DNA of 64,000 nucleotides. It comes from Spirochaetia bacterium. Lineage in GTDB: Bacteria > Spirochaetota > Spirochaetia > CAKZLE01. This document shows, one piece after another, positions 46,932 through 56,250 of the stretch (positions within the stretch are counted from its first letter, which is position 1; the number at the start of each line of letters is the position of its first letter). The translations under genes and the position numbers were made by a program. The DNA lies in contig JAIPFY010000001.1 of assembly GCA_021736385.1 (NCBI GenBank), positions 9,457 to 73,456 on the forward strand. Direction: 5' to 3'. Under the pieces are notes generated by a model that worked only from the letters and a program-made list of their open reading frames with translations, ran no database searches and was not told the origin of the DNA.

Positions 46932-48529
46932 GCTCCCAGACTCCTTCTGTACTCAAGAGGGGTCCTGCCGGTCAGTCTCTTGAAGATGAGGGAGAAATAC
47001 CGCGGGTCACTGAAGCCGACCAGTTCTGCGATCTCATAGGCCTTGAGCGATGAGTTCTTCAGATGCACCTTCGCCTGTTCGATACGACGACCGGTCAGGT
47101 ATTCTACGAAGGTACTGCCGGTAGCCTCCTTGAACAGATAGCTGAACTGGCTTGTCGAGAGGAACAGCTCATCGCAGATATCCTGCAGTGAGAAATCCTT
47201 CTCGGTGAACCGGGCATCTATGATCGTCCTGGCCTTGTCCATGCGCGAGGCAGTGTTATCGTGTCGCTTTGCCTCGATACGATCTTCGATGGTCGTGATG
47301 GTCCTGGTGAAGAACCCCTTCGCCTGATTGATCGATACGAAATAGTCAGTCTGATAGGGTATGGACTCATCTTCTTCGGTGATGAGATTCATCTCCTGGG
47401 CGAAGTCCTGCAGCCGTGCATGCATCCGTATCAGATAGAACGAAGCCTCATGCAGCGTCAGATAGTGCAGTTCGAAATAGGAGAAGATCTCCTCGAGAGC
47501 CGTGCGGGTAGCATCTCTGCTGCCGGTCTTCAGCTGATCGATCAGTCCGCACAGCAGCAGGTTGAACCGCTCAGGGGAGACCGTCTGCCTGTTGCGGATC
47601 TCTGATATATGCAGGATCCTTGAGGTACCGAGTACCTGCACATAGTCCACGGCACTCAGAGCCCCCCGGTAGGAGATCACGATATGAGAGAGGTCGGTCA
47701 CCACTTCCCCGCACCCTATCGATACCTGCTCCTCCCCCCGCTTGCTGATGAAGGAGAAGACGCTTCTGGCGATCTCATACCCCCGCTGCTTGACCCGTGT
47801 GCTGTAGGCCCTGCAGGTCTGAGGGTCCTCAGAGCCGCAAACAGGGTCCTGCAGGATCAGCACGATGTTCTCCTCTCTGTTCGAGAGCAGTTCATCCGCC
47901 GGGAGGAGATATCCTTTCATATGTTCTGCAAGGGAGAGCCGATCGAGCTGGTCCCAGGAGGGCGGGATCCTGATCACCGCGATCTGGTAGAGGCCGTGGA
48001 GGTCCTCCCACTGGAAGTAGCTCTTTCGCTGTGCGATATCGGAGGCTTCCAGTCTGCCGGAGATCATCCGGTAGAGAAACCGTTCCCGAAGCAGGGGGAA
48101 ACTCGCTTCGAGTTTCTCCTGCAGCTCCGCCTGGAGGTCCAGGTCCTGTCTCTGGGTATCGAGCTGCCCCCGGACTCTCTTCAGTACCTCTGTCAGTTCA
48201 TCTGCAGTGATGGGTTTGAGCAGGAACTCATTCACCTGGTACTTCAGGGCCTCCTGGGCATACTCGAAGTCATCATGACCGGAGAGCAGCAGTACCATGA
48301 TCTGCGGGTACTGTTCATGGATGAGCCTGCTCAGTTCCAGACCGTCGATCTTCGGCATCTTGATATCGGAGATGACGATGTCCACCGGATGTGTTCTCAG
48401 GTATTCGATCGCCTGCTGGCCGTTCTCCAGCAGGGCAGCAAGAGAGAACCCCAGAGGCTCCCATGCGATACACGAAGAGATCCCTTCCCGAATGATCGAC
48501 TCATCATCTACGAACACTAATCGGTACAC
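46928..48529 (-). CDS. Response regulator with AraC-type HTH output (YesN-like)
   Basis: REC (VFVDDESIIREGI...DIVISDIKMPKIDG) plus a C-terminal HTH_AraC (...LFKEATGSTFVEYLTGRRIEQAKVHL...). GTG start with GAGGTG RBS; ATGA overlap with the kinase. Confidence 0.85.
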   Translation of the reverse strand: MYRLVFVDDESIIREGISSCIAWEPLGFSLAALLENGQQAIEYLRTHPVDIVISDIKMPKIDGLELSRLIHEQYPQIMVLLLSGHDDFEYAQEALKYQVNEFLLKPITADELTEVLKRVRGQLDTQRQDLDLQAELQEKLEASFPLLRERFLYRMISGRLEASDIAQRKSYFQWEDLHGLYQIAVIRIPPSWDQLDRLSLAEHMKGYLLPADELLSNREENIVLILQDPVCGSEDPQTCRAYSTRVKQRGYEIARSVFSFISKRGEEQVSIGCGEVVTDLSHIVISYRGALSAVDYVQVLGTSRILHISEIRNRQTVSPERFNLLLCGLIDQLKTGSRDATRTALEEIFSYFELHYLTLHEASFYLIRMHARLQDFAQEMNLITEEDESIPYQTDYFVSINQAKGFFTRTITTIEDRIEAKRHDNTASRMDKARTIIDARFTEKDFSLQDICDELFLSTSQFSYLFKEATGSTFVEYLTGRRIEQAKVHLKNSSLKAYEIAELVGFSDPRYFSLIFKRLTGRTPLEYRRSLGA

Positions 48530-48949
48530 GTGCCATTCACCTCACTTGACTTCGGGCAGGTCAGCCCCTCTTACAGGTATACTACCACAGGAGCTCGGGA
48601 TCACAAAGCAGTTCTGCATCTCACAGCGACCCGTACAAAGCCTGCAGGTTCATGAACACGCCGGGGATCGCCCTCTGACTGCTATCTGAAGAACTTTCAG
48701 CCCTCTTTTTCAACAAATGAGTTTCAATCACTCCGGTTTATGTGGTATCCTTCAACTGTGACAGACCATCAGCTCACCGTGATACCGCCATACCCTCAGG
48801 TGCCCGGCAGTATCACAGGGTCATGATGAGCCTCTCACGCTGAGACCCCATACCTTCTTCAGCGTGGGGATACCGGTCGATCCCGAGTACTGACGGCTTC
48901 CGGTCCGGCAGAATGATCGAGATCGACTGAAACACGACAAGGAGCAGCG

Positions 48950-49483
48950 ATGCGGTATACCAGGGAAGAACTTGATCAGGCATTCACAGCAGTGCTCACC
49001 GCAGTGGGAGAAGCATGCAGCTCTACCGATGAGCAACTCCTGCGGCTCAGGGCCAATGAGACGGCTCGACTCATAACGCTCATACCGTTCCTTGCGGGGT
49101 CCGACACGCCCGAACGTGATGGAGCCTCCAATCTGGCTTCCTACCTCCTGTCGACAGCCCCTGCGACCAAGTCCTATTACCTCCACACCCCGTTCGATGA
49201 TGATCAGGTGTCACACCGCCTGATCCAGGCACTCACCATCTCATCAGGGGATCAGGCGGTATGCAGTGCAGGGGGAGCTCTTCTGGCGCTGAACATGCTC
49301 ACAGATTACCAGCGTGACAGCACCGCCGATACCCTGGCGGGGAAATACAACCCTGTCGCCTCAGGCATATGGGACTTCGAGCTCCTGCAGGCCGCACTTC
49401 TAGCAGTATTCGAACCGTTCAGAGACCTCTACGCGGTTATCATAGACCCTGATTCCTACATCACAACTTATTGGGAGAGTTAA
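48950..49483 (+). CDS. Hypothetical protein (177 aa), no recognisable domain
   Basis: AAGGAG RBS. Its stop lies 3 nt before the next gene start, so the two genes are tightly coupled. Confidence 0.5.
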   Translation: MRYTREELDQAFTAVLTAVGEACSSTDEQLLRLRANETARLITLIPFLAGSDTPERDGASNLASYLLSTAPATKSYYLHTPFDDDQVSHRLIQALTISSGDQAVCSAGGALLALNMLTDYQRDSTADTLAGKYNPVASGIWDFELLQAALLAVFEPFRDLYAVIIDPDSYITTYWES

Positions 49484-49486
49484 CAC

Positions 49487-50308
49487 ATGAACCTGAAAGC
49501 ACACAAGATCATCGGGCTGCTGTTCGGCGGCGTAGGCATCCTGTCATTCATCATGAACTTCATCTCGACTTCCTTGAAGGTCGACCTTCGTGAGGGCGTC
49601 GGTTTCGACTGGTGGAACTACCCGACCCTGCTGTTCGGCTGTATGTTGGTCGCCATCTCGATCATCCCGAAGGAGTCGATCATCATCCGCTTCCCCAGAA
49701 GGACTGCCAGGATCAGCCTGGATGTCCTCAACCAGCGCTTCCAGTTCTTCATCATGCTGCTGATCACGACCTTCACAGCACTTGATAATCATCAGAGTCA
49801 GTATATGCTGCCGATGGTCATGATCGCAGGGCTCATGGGCATCAAGTACAGGATCTTTGCCAACAAGGGGCTGGTAGTGTTCGTCCTCTATTTCGCTGCG
49901 GTCGTCCAGTACTCTGCCTATGCAGAGAACATGATGATGAGAGGCTTGTTCGTCATCCTCTTCGCAGTCTTCTTCTTCGGGATCTCCCTGATCATGTTCT
50001 ATGATGAACTGGGCCGTTACCTGGCTCTCACCAAAAAATACCATACGCGACTGGTCGAGGTGGAGATGAAACTGGGAAAGATGCAGGGAGATACGCTCGA
50101 TCCTGCTGAGATGAAGTTCACCCCCAGAGAGACCGAGGTCCTCAAAGCTCTGTGCGAGAGCCGAGGGAGCAATCAGGAGATCGCCGATAAGCTGGGGATC
50201 AAGGAACAGACGGTGAAATCCCATATCAAGAACCTGTTCGATAAAGCGGGCGTCGATGACCGGCACCAGCTCATAGATCTCTTCCGCCATGCGTTCGTCA
50301 CCGATTGA
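49487..50308 (+). CDS. Membrane-anchored LuxR-family transcriptional regulator (multi-TM N-terminal domain + C-terminal HTH_LuxR)
   Basis: ~5 predicted TM helices, then ETEVLKALCESRGSNQEIADKLGIKEQTVKSHIKNLFDKAGVDDRHQLIDLFRHA (GerE/LuxR HTH). Confidence 0.6.
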   Translation: MNLKAHKIIGLLFGGVGILSFIMNFISTSLKVDLREGVGFDWWNYPTLLFGCMLVAISIIPKESIIIRFPRRTARISLDVLNQRFQFFIMLLITTFTALDNHQSQYMLPMVMIAGLMGIKYRIFANKGLVVFVLYFAAVVQYSAYAENMMMRGLFVILFAVFFFGISLIMFYDELGRYLALTKKYHTRLVEVEMKLGKMQGDTLDPAEMKFTPRETEVLKALCESRGSNQEIADKLGIKEQTVKSHIKNLFDKAGVDDRHQLIDLFRHAFVTD

Positions 50309-50427
50309 CAGTCAGACTCTCACCCCAGCACAGCCTCACTGATCCCGCAGGACTCACCTTCTGCGGGATCAGCACTTCTCTGATCATACTGAAGATACGA
50401 TGAGCTCTGTCTCTTCAGACAGAGCTC

Positions 50428-50476
50428 AAAAAAAGGCGTTCAACGGCACATAGAGAACTGAAAGCCGGTGAACGCC
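50428..50476 (-). terminator. Rho-independent terminator of fucI (13-bp stem with 1 mismatch, followed by U7 on the minus strand)
   Basis: Minus strand reads GGCGTTCACCGGC...GCCGTTGAACGCC-TTTTTTT just after the fucI stop. A second perfect 10-bp hairpin (50402-50427) follows. Confidence 0.5.
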
Positions 50477-50494
50477 TGGATAGAATACGATCTG

Positions 50495-52321
50495 TTATCT
50501 TCTTCCGTACATCGGTCCGAGCGCTTCGCAGGCCCGGTAGTCACTTCCTTCCCTGCCCATACCGAAGGCATTCCAGTAACTCGGTCGGAAGATGTCATCA
50601 GCTGCCACGTTGTGCATGTTCACCGGGATACGGAGCATGGCGCACAGGGTGATCAGGTCGGCACCGATATGGCCGTAGCTGACTGCACCATGATTGGCAC
50701 CCCAGTTGGCCATGACCTCATAGACATCCTTGAAAGCCCCATCGCTGCCGTCTACCCGTGGAACGAACCAGGTGGTCGGCCAGGTGGGATTGGTTCTCAG
50801 ATCGAGTTTGTCATGGACTTCAGCAGGGACATCGACCGTCCAGCCCTCTGCGATCTGCATGACAGGTCCCAGCCCCTTCACGATATTCAGCCGGGACATG
50901 GTCACCGGCATGCCGCCTTTTGAGAGAAAGTCCGATGAGTAACCGCCGCCTCTGAAGTACCCTGCATCTGCCGGACAGAACTCGACTGCATCGAGCGTCT
51001 TCTCCACGTCTTCAGGGGTGATCTCCCAGTAGGGCTTGATCGCCGGCTTACCCGCAGCATCGGTCATCTCTCCTGCCGCATCTAAGGTGGTAGAACCTGA
51101 ATTGATCAGGTGGATGAACCCATGAGCTGCAAGCCCTTCGGGCTTCCAGCCGGTGACCCGGGTGATCGCCTCGGGGCTCCAGTAGGTCCTGACATCAGAG
51201 AAGATCTGGGAGGTCCCGGTCAGCAGGTGACCGAAGAGCATGGAGATACCGTTGAGCGAGTCGTTCTCTGTAGCGAAGACGAACGCCTGACGTATGCCGT
51301 TCCAGTCAAAGGAGGTATTGAGCATGGTCTCCATGAAGTCACCGTTCGGCATGAAATCGGTCCAGGACCGCTGTCCCTGAAAGCCTGCAGCGATGGCATT
51401 CCTTCCGAGCGCCTCTTCCCCCCAGCCGATCTGTGCCAGTTTCGGGTTACCGATCATCAGGTCCCTGCCGATCATGACCATCTTGATCACATAGTCCCAG
51501 TCCGCATCGAGCTGCTCTCTCGTCCGCTTCTTGTCATCCGTGTTGTACAGATCAGCCTGCTCTGTGCAGTTGTCCTTCACCCAGGCTTTGGCAAGTTCGA
51601 ACTCATCCCGGTCATAGATCTCCTGCTCGACCCTTCGTGCGATCTCTGACATGTCGACCACTTCGGTCCTCATGCCCAGGTAGCTCTGCAGGACATCCTG
51701 ATCGACGATCGATCCTGCGATGCCCATGGAGCAGCCTCCGATCGAGAGGTAGGATTTCCCTCTCATGTGCGCGACTGCAAGTCCTGCACGTGCGAACCGC
51801 AGGATCTTCTCCTGTACATCGGCAGTGATCTGCGTATCATCAGAGTCCTGGACGTCCCGTCCGTAGATACCGAAGGCGGGGAGTCCCTTCTGTGAATGTG
51901 CGGCAAGGACCGCAGCAAGGAACACAGCGCCCGGCCGTTCAGTCCCGTTGAACCCCCACACCGCTTTTACCGTGGAGCTGTCCATATCCATGGTCTCCGA
52001 TCCATAGCACCAGCAGGGTGATACGGTCAGGGTCACGGCGACCTGCTCCTTTTCGAATTTGTCCTGACACAGAGCAGCCTCTGCCACCCCGCCGATGCAG
52101 CTGTCAGCGATCACACACTCCACAGGATGCCCTGAGGGGTGTCTCAGGTGTTCACTGATGAGAGCTGCCGCCCGCTGTGCCATCTGCATGGTCTGATCTT
52201 CCAGTGATTCCCTCACTCCCATCATCCTGCCATCGATGCAGGGTCTGATCCCTATTCTCGGCAGATCCCCACGCAGTCTGTACGTCGGTCCTGCTGTCTT
52301 GATATTTTTCACATTAGCCAC
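50495..52321 (-). CDS. fucI: L-fucose isomerase
   Basis: Strong similarity to E. coli FucI throughout ([41 protein letters not shown]...[14 protein letters not shown]). Probable GTG start at 52321 preceded by AGGAGG; the annotated ATG at 52342 has no RBS. Confidence 0.85.
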   Translation of the reverse strand: MANVKNIKTAGPTYRLRGDLPRIGIRPCIDGRMMGVRESLEDQTMQMAQRAAALISEHLRHPSGHPVECVIADSCIGGVAEAALCQDKFEKEQVAVTLTVSPCWCYGSETMDMDSSTVKAVWGFNGTERPGAVFLAAVLAAHSQKGLPAFGIYGRDVQDSDDTQITADVQEKILRFARAGLAVAHMRGKSYLSIGGCSMGIAGSIVDQDVLQSYLGMRTEVVDMSEIARRVEQEIYDRDEFELAKAWVKDNCTEQADLYNTDDKKRTREQLDADWDYVIKMVMIGRDLMIGNPKLAQIGWGEEALGRNAIAAGFQGQRSWTDFMPNGDFMETMLNTSFDWNGIRQAFVFATENDSLNGISMLFGHLLTGTSQIFSDVRTYWSPEAITRVTGWKPEGLAAHGFIHLINSGSTTLDAAGEMTDAAGKPAIKPYWEITPEDVEKTLDAVEFCPADAGYFRGGGYSSDFLSKGGMPVTMSRLNIVKGLGPVMQIAEGWTVDVPAEVHDKLDLRTNPTWPTTWFVPRVDGSDGAFKDVYEVMANWGANHGAVSYGHIGADLITLCAMLRIPVNMHNVAADDIFRPSYWNAFGMGREGSDYRACEALGPMYGRR

Positions 52322-52352
52322 TAGTCGCCTCCTGTCTCGCATGGTATAATCG

Positions 52353-52380
52353 TGTAATCGATTACATGTAATCGATTACA
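52353..52380. promoter_or_regulatory. Two tandem perfect 14-bp palindromes TGTAATCGATTACA (LacI-family-type operators) in the fucI/fucU divergent promoter region; adjacent extended -10 TGgTATAAT (52342-52350)
   Basis: tgtaatcgattaca at 52353-52366 and again at 52367-52380. The central-CG palindrome matches the LacI-family operator pattern TG..A.CG.T..CA, and a LacI-family regulator gene sits in the downstream operon. Confidence 0.5.
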
Positions 52381-52457
52381 TTATGTCATGACTCGAGTCT
52401 GAGCGCAAGAGCTATTCGTTCATTAATTTCTGCATGCTACACGAAACGGAGGTCACC

Positions 52458-52895
52458 ATGCTGAAGAAGATCCCTGCCATACTCTCTCCCGAACTGCTGA
52501 AGATCCTCATGGAGATGGGCCATGGTGATGAGATCGTCATCGGGGACGGGAACTTCCCGTCTGCAGCATATGCACGGCGCCTTGTCCGCCTCGATGGACA
52601 CGGGGTCCCTGAGATCCTTGATGCGGTCCTTGCACTGATGCCTCTGGATACGTATAGTGACAAACAGGCATGGCTGATGGAGGTCGTCCCGGGAGACCCC
52701 TGCGGAAGACCGGAGATCTGGGATACCTACAGCAGGATCACCAGAGTCCATGAGCAGCACTTCACCGACTTCGGTTCGATCGAGCGGTTCGCCTTCTATG
52801 AACGGGCGAAGCAGGCTTATGCGATCATCGCAAGCGGAGAGAAGGCCATCTATGCCAATATCATACTGCGAAAGGGTGTTGTCAGCGAACCATGA
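52458..52895 (+). CDS. fucU: L-fucose mutarotase (RbsD/FucU family)
   Basis: [34 protein letters not shown] is near-identical in pattern to E. coli FucU ([26 protein letters not shown]). GGAGG RBS. Confidence 0.85.
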   Translation: [145 protein letters not shown]

Positions 52896-53884
52896 AACGA
52901 ACACAGGGTGTCACGATCAAAGATATAGCACGAAAGGCCGGAGTCTCAACGGCAACGGTCTCACGGGTGATCAATGGTGATACCAAGGTCTCTGAGAAGA
53001 CCAGAGAACTGGTGGACAGCTGCCTCAGGGAGACCGGGTACCGGGTCAATCCCATCGCCCGCTCCCTGAGGTCAAAAAGGACCCATACCATCGGGATCCT
53101 TGCTCCTGAGTTCCAGAATGATTTCTTCATGGCGGTAGCCGAGGGGATCGAGGAGGTACTGCGGACCAAAGGCTATACCACCTTCATCGTGAACTCCCAC
53201 GAAGACCCCGTGGAAGAGGAGGCTCGAGTACAGCTGCTGATCGAGAAGCAGGTGGACGGGGCGATCATCATCCCTGCGGCCCATACCGGTCCCTACTTCA
53301 CGACTCTGCGGGACCGGGGCATACCCTACGTCCTGGTCGACCGCCTCATCGAGGGGATGGACGAGGATGCAGTACTTACCGATAACCGCAAGGGAGCTTT
53401 TTCTGCAGTCGAGGCCTGTATCCTGGCCGGGGCCCGGAAGGTAGCCTTCATCGGAGGGGATCCTGCGCTCACCCCGGCAAAAGAACGGTTCGAAGGCTAC
53501 TGTGAAGCCATGAGCACCTACGGACTGGAACTCGATGACCGGTTGATCCATCAGGGGGACATGCACATCAGGAGCGGATATGATGCCACCAGGGCGATCC
53601 TTGAGCAGGATCCGTCGATCAGGTTCCTGTTCATCATCAACCTGTTCATGCGCATCGGCGCTGAGCAGTACCTTGCCGAACATCCTGAACATGGGGACCT
53701 CCAGATCGCGGCCTTTGACTTCTCACCGATCTCTTCCCTGTTCGATCATGCCTTTGCCACCGTCAGGCAGCCTCTGGAACAGATCGGCACCACGGCAGCA
53801 AACCTGCTGCTCAAACGCATCGAACATGCGGATCTGCCCTTTCCTCAAGTCTGTCGTCTGACAGGCGAGCTGGTCATGCACTGA
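52892..53884 (+). CDS. LacI-family transcriptional regulator
   Basis: N-terminal HTH (VTIKDIARKAGVSTATVSRVINGDTKVSEKTRELV) plus a periplasmic-binding-protein-like effector domain. ATGA overlap with fucU. Confidence 0.85.
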   Translation: MKRTQGVTIKDIARKAGVSTATVSRVINGDTKVSEKTRELVDSCLRETGYRVNPIARSLRSKRTHTIGILAPEFQNDFFMAVAEGIEEVLRTKGYTTFIVNSHEDPVEEEARVQLLIEKQVDGAIIIPAAHTGPYFTTLRDRGIPYVLVDRLIEGMDEDAVLTDNRKGAFSAVEACILAGARKVAFIGGDPALTPAKERFEGYCEAMSTYGLELDDRLIHQGDMHIRSGYDATRAILEQDPSIRFLFIINLFMRIGAEQYLAEHPEHGDLQIAAFDFSPISSLFDHAFATVRQPLEQIGTTAANLLLKRIEHADLPFPQVCRLTGELVMH

Positions 53885-53995
53885 GGACCGTACCGGCTGA
53901 TCCCATGATCCTTGACCTGTGCCCCGTTCACCCCTATCTTAGGGACAACAGGGTATCTGATTCCCTCACTACACTACGATTCCAAGGAGTTTCAC

Positions 53996-55195
53996 ATGAA
54001 CGAGCATGCAGATCTGCCGAGTTTCGATGTCCATATCCCGACACGGGTCCTCTTCGGAGCAGGAAGACTGAAGGAGCTGGGAGTCGTCCCGCTCTATGGT
54101 AAGAAGGCTCTGATCGTGATCAGCAGCGGGAGCTCCATGCGCAGGTTCGGCTATCTCAAGCAGGTACAGGATCTGCTTGGATCACGGGGGATAGACTCGG
54201 TGGTGTTTGACAGGATCCTTCCCAATCCGATCCTCGATCATGTCACGCAGGGGGCTCAGCTAGCCCGGGAACAGCACTGCGACTTCGTCATCGGTCTGGG
54301 CGGGGGCAGCAGCATCGACTCGGCAAAGAGCATCGCCCTGATGGCTCAGAATCCTGGGAACTACTGGGATTATATTCACGGGGGGTCGGGTAAGGGAGCA
54401 CCGGTGCCCAACGGGGCCCTGCCGATCGTGGCTATCACCACCACCGCCGGGACAGGGACCGAAGTGGACCCCTGGACGGTGATCACCAGGCCCGAGACCA
54501 ATGAGAAGATCGGCTTCGGCATACCTGAGACCTTCCCGAAACTTGCGATCGTAGATCCTGAGTTGATGCTCTCGGTACCAAGCGATATGACGCTCTACCA
54601 GGGGTTCGACGCCTTCTTTCATGCTGCAGAGGGCTTCATCGCGACAGCAGCCTCCCCGGTAAGCGACCTGTTCGCAGCACGGAGCATGCAGCTGCTCCAG
54701 AAGAGTCTCGCTGCAGCGGTACGCGACGGTTCGGATCTGCAGGCGCGCACTGATGTCGCTCTTGCCAACACCCTCTCGGGGTTCGTCGAATCCACCTCCA
54801 GCTGCACCTCCGAACATTCACTCGAACATGCCCTTTCAGCATTCCATCCGAACATCCCCCACGGTGCAGGGCTGATCATGCTCTCAGAGGCCTATTTCTC
54901 ACTGTTCTCCGAGAAGATCCCCGACCGATTCATCGAGCTTGGCCGGATCATGGGTATGGATGTGGATCAGGCTGAGGTATCAGAGCGTCCGAAGCTGTTC
55001 GTGAAGGCACTCAGAGCGATGATCAGAGCGTGCGGCGCCGATACGCTGAAGATGTCTGACTTCGGCATCCGGGAGGATGAACTCGAGGTGCTCGCCGCCA
55101 ATGCACGGGAGACGATGGGGGGGCTCTTCTCCATGGATCGCTATGCCCTCTCAGACGCTGAATGTGTCGAACTGCTGCGCCGTTCCTATCGCTGA
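53996..55195 (+). CDS. fucO: Iron-containing alcohol dehydrogenase (likely lactaldehyde reductase / 1,2-propanediol oxidoreductase)
   Basis: Fe-ADH family motifs (GGGSSIDSAK, AITTTAGTGTEVD, metal-binding His residues). Start set at MNEHADL with AAGGAG RBS. The fucose-locus context suggests FucO, but substrate is not provable from sequence. Confidence 0.7.
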   Translation: MNEHADLPSFDVHIPTRVLFGAGRLKELGVVPLYGKKALIVISSGSSMRRFGYLKQVQDLLGSRGIDSVVFDRILPNPILDHVTQGAQLAREQHCDFVIGLGGGSSIDSAKSIALMAQNPGNYWDYIHGGSGKGAPVPNGALPIVAITTTAGTGTEVDPWTVITRPETNEKIGFGIPETFPKLAIVDPELMLSVPSDMTLYQGFDAFFHAAEGFIATAASPVSDLFAARSMQLLQKSLAAAVRDGSDLQARTDVALANTLSGFVESTSSCTSEHSLEHALSAFHPNIPHGAGLIMLSEAYFSLFSEKIPDRFIELGRIMGMDVDQAEVSERPKLFVKALRAMIRACGADTLKMSDFGIREDELEVLAANARETMGGLFSMDRYALSDAECVELLRRSYR

Positions 55196-55200
55196 TCATC

Positions 55201-55246
55201 CCGGCACCTCGATGCTGGAGCATCACCCATCGAGGTGCCGGTTTAT
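55201..55246 (+). terminator. Rho-independent terminator after the fucO-like gene (perfect 14-bp stem CCGGCACCTCGATG/CATCGAGGTGCCGG followed by TTTAT)
   Basis: Hairpin plus T-rich tail read directly from sequence 6 nt after the stop. Confidence 0.6.
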
Positions 55247-55305
55247 GGGTCTGAACCAGCTGAAACCCCTTGCACAGCGCTGCAGCCTCATATTATCATG
55301 GGTGT

Positions 55306-56157
55306 ATGACAGCATTGACTCTATCACTGGCCGTACTGATCATCTCCATCATCCTCTGCTTCACTGCAGGGCTGATCACCCGTAACTACTCGCAGGTCGA
55401 CCGGCTCTGGTCGATCCTTCCGGTAGTCTATGCAGGGATCTGGCTTCCCACCTACAGCTCCAATCCCCGATACCTCATCGCATCGGCACTGGTGCTGCTG
55501 TGGGGGACCCGGCTGACAGTGAACTTCGCACTCAAGGGCGGGTATGCCTTCTCGTTCAGGAAGGGGTTCACCGGTGAGGATTATCGATGGGACTATCTGC
55601 AGCAGAAGATCGGCAGCAGGCTACGCTTCGAGCTCTTCAACCTGCTGTTCATCAGCACCTATCAGCTGGTGCTGATCTTCCTGTTCACCTACCCGCTCTA
55701 TCACTACGGCAGGATCACTGGCAGCATCACACGTACTGAGTACGTCCTCTATGCACTGCATGCACTGCTGCTGCTCTCAGAGACGATCTCTGACAGCCAG
55801 CAGCTGCGGTTCTACCGACGGAAGGATGCGAGCCCCTGGTCCGAGCTTCACCGATACCAACTGGGATTCAATACCTTCGGGTTCTGGAAGTACTCAAGAC
55901 ATCCGAACTATGTGTGTGAGATCGGGCAATGGGTCATCGTATACCTCTATCTGGCTGCTGCATCCGGGACACACCACTGGAGTATGGCCGGAGCACTGCT
56001 GCTCATGGGGCTCTTTGCCGGAAGCACCGCGTTCACCGAGCGGATCACTTCAGGTAAATACCCTGAATACGTACGATGGCGGCAGATGACGTCAGTCTGG
56101 ATCCCCTTCATCAGAGCAGTCCGCAGCAGAGAAGAGCGCAGGGAGTTCCTCAGCTGA
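55306..56157 (+). CDS. Membrane protein, DUF1295 / steroid 5-alpha-reductase-like (ICMT-like) family
   Basis: Multi-TM with a C-terminal ...YSRHPNYVCEIGQWV motif characteristic of this methyltransferase/reductase-like family. ATG at 55306 preferred over the upstream TTG. Confidence 0.55.
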   Translation: MTALTLSLAVLIISIILCFTAGLITRNYSQVDRLWSILPVVYAGIWLPTYSSNPRYLIASALVLLWGTRLTVNFALKGGYAFSFRKGFTGEDYRWDYLQQKIGSRLRFELFNLLFISTYQLVLIFLFTYPLYHYGRITGSITRTEYVLYALHALLLLSETISDSQQLRFYRRKDASPWSELHRYQLGFNTFGFWKYSRHPNYVCEIGQWVIVYLYLAAASGTHHWSMAGALLLMGLFAGSTAFTERITSGKYPEYVRWRQMTSVWIPFIRAVRSREERREFLS

Positions 56158-56250
56158 CTACCGTGCACAGGATCCCGGAAGCTCTTCCTTCTTCAACCCC
56201 TTGAAGACCGTATTGACCTCGTTCCGGTCCAGACCGGATGCATCGGCACT

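Noticed and set aside
50402-50434. Hairpin GAGCTCTGTC-tcttca-GACAGAGCTC plus A7 as terminator of the plus-strand LuxR-like gene
   Set aside because: The A-run, rather than a T-run, follows the hairpin on the plus strand. The adjacent structure works instead as the minus-strand fucI terminator (reported above).
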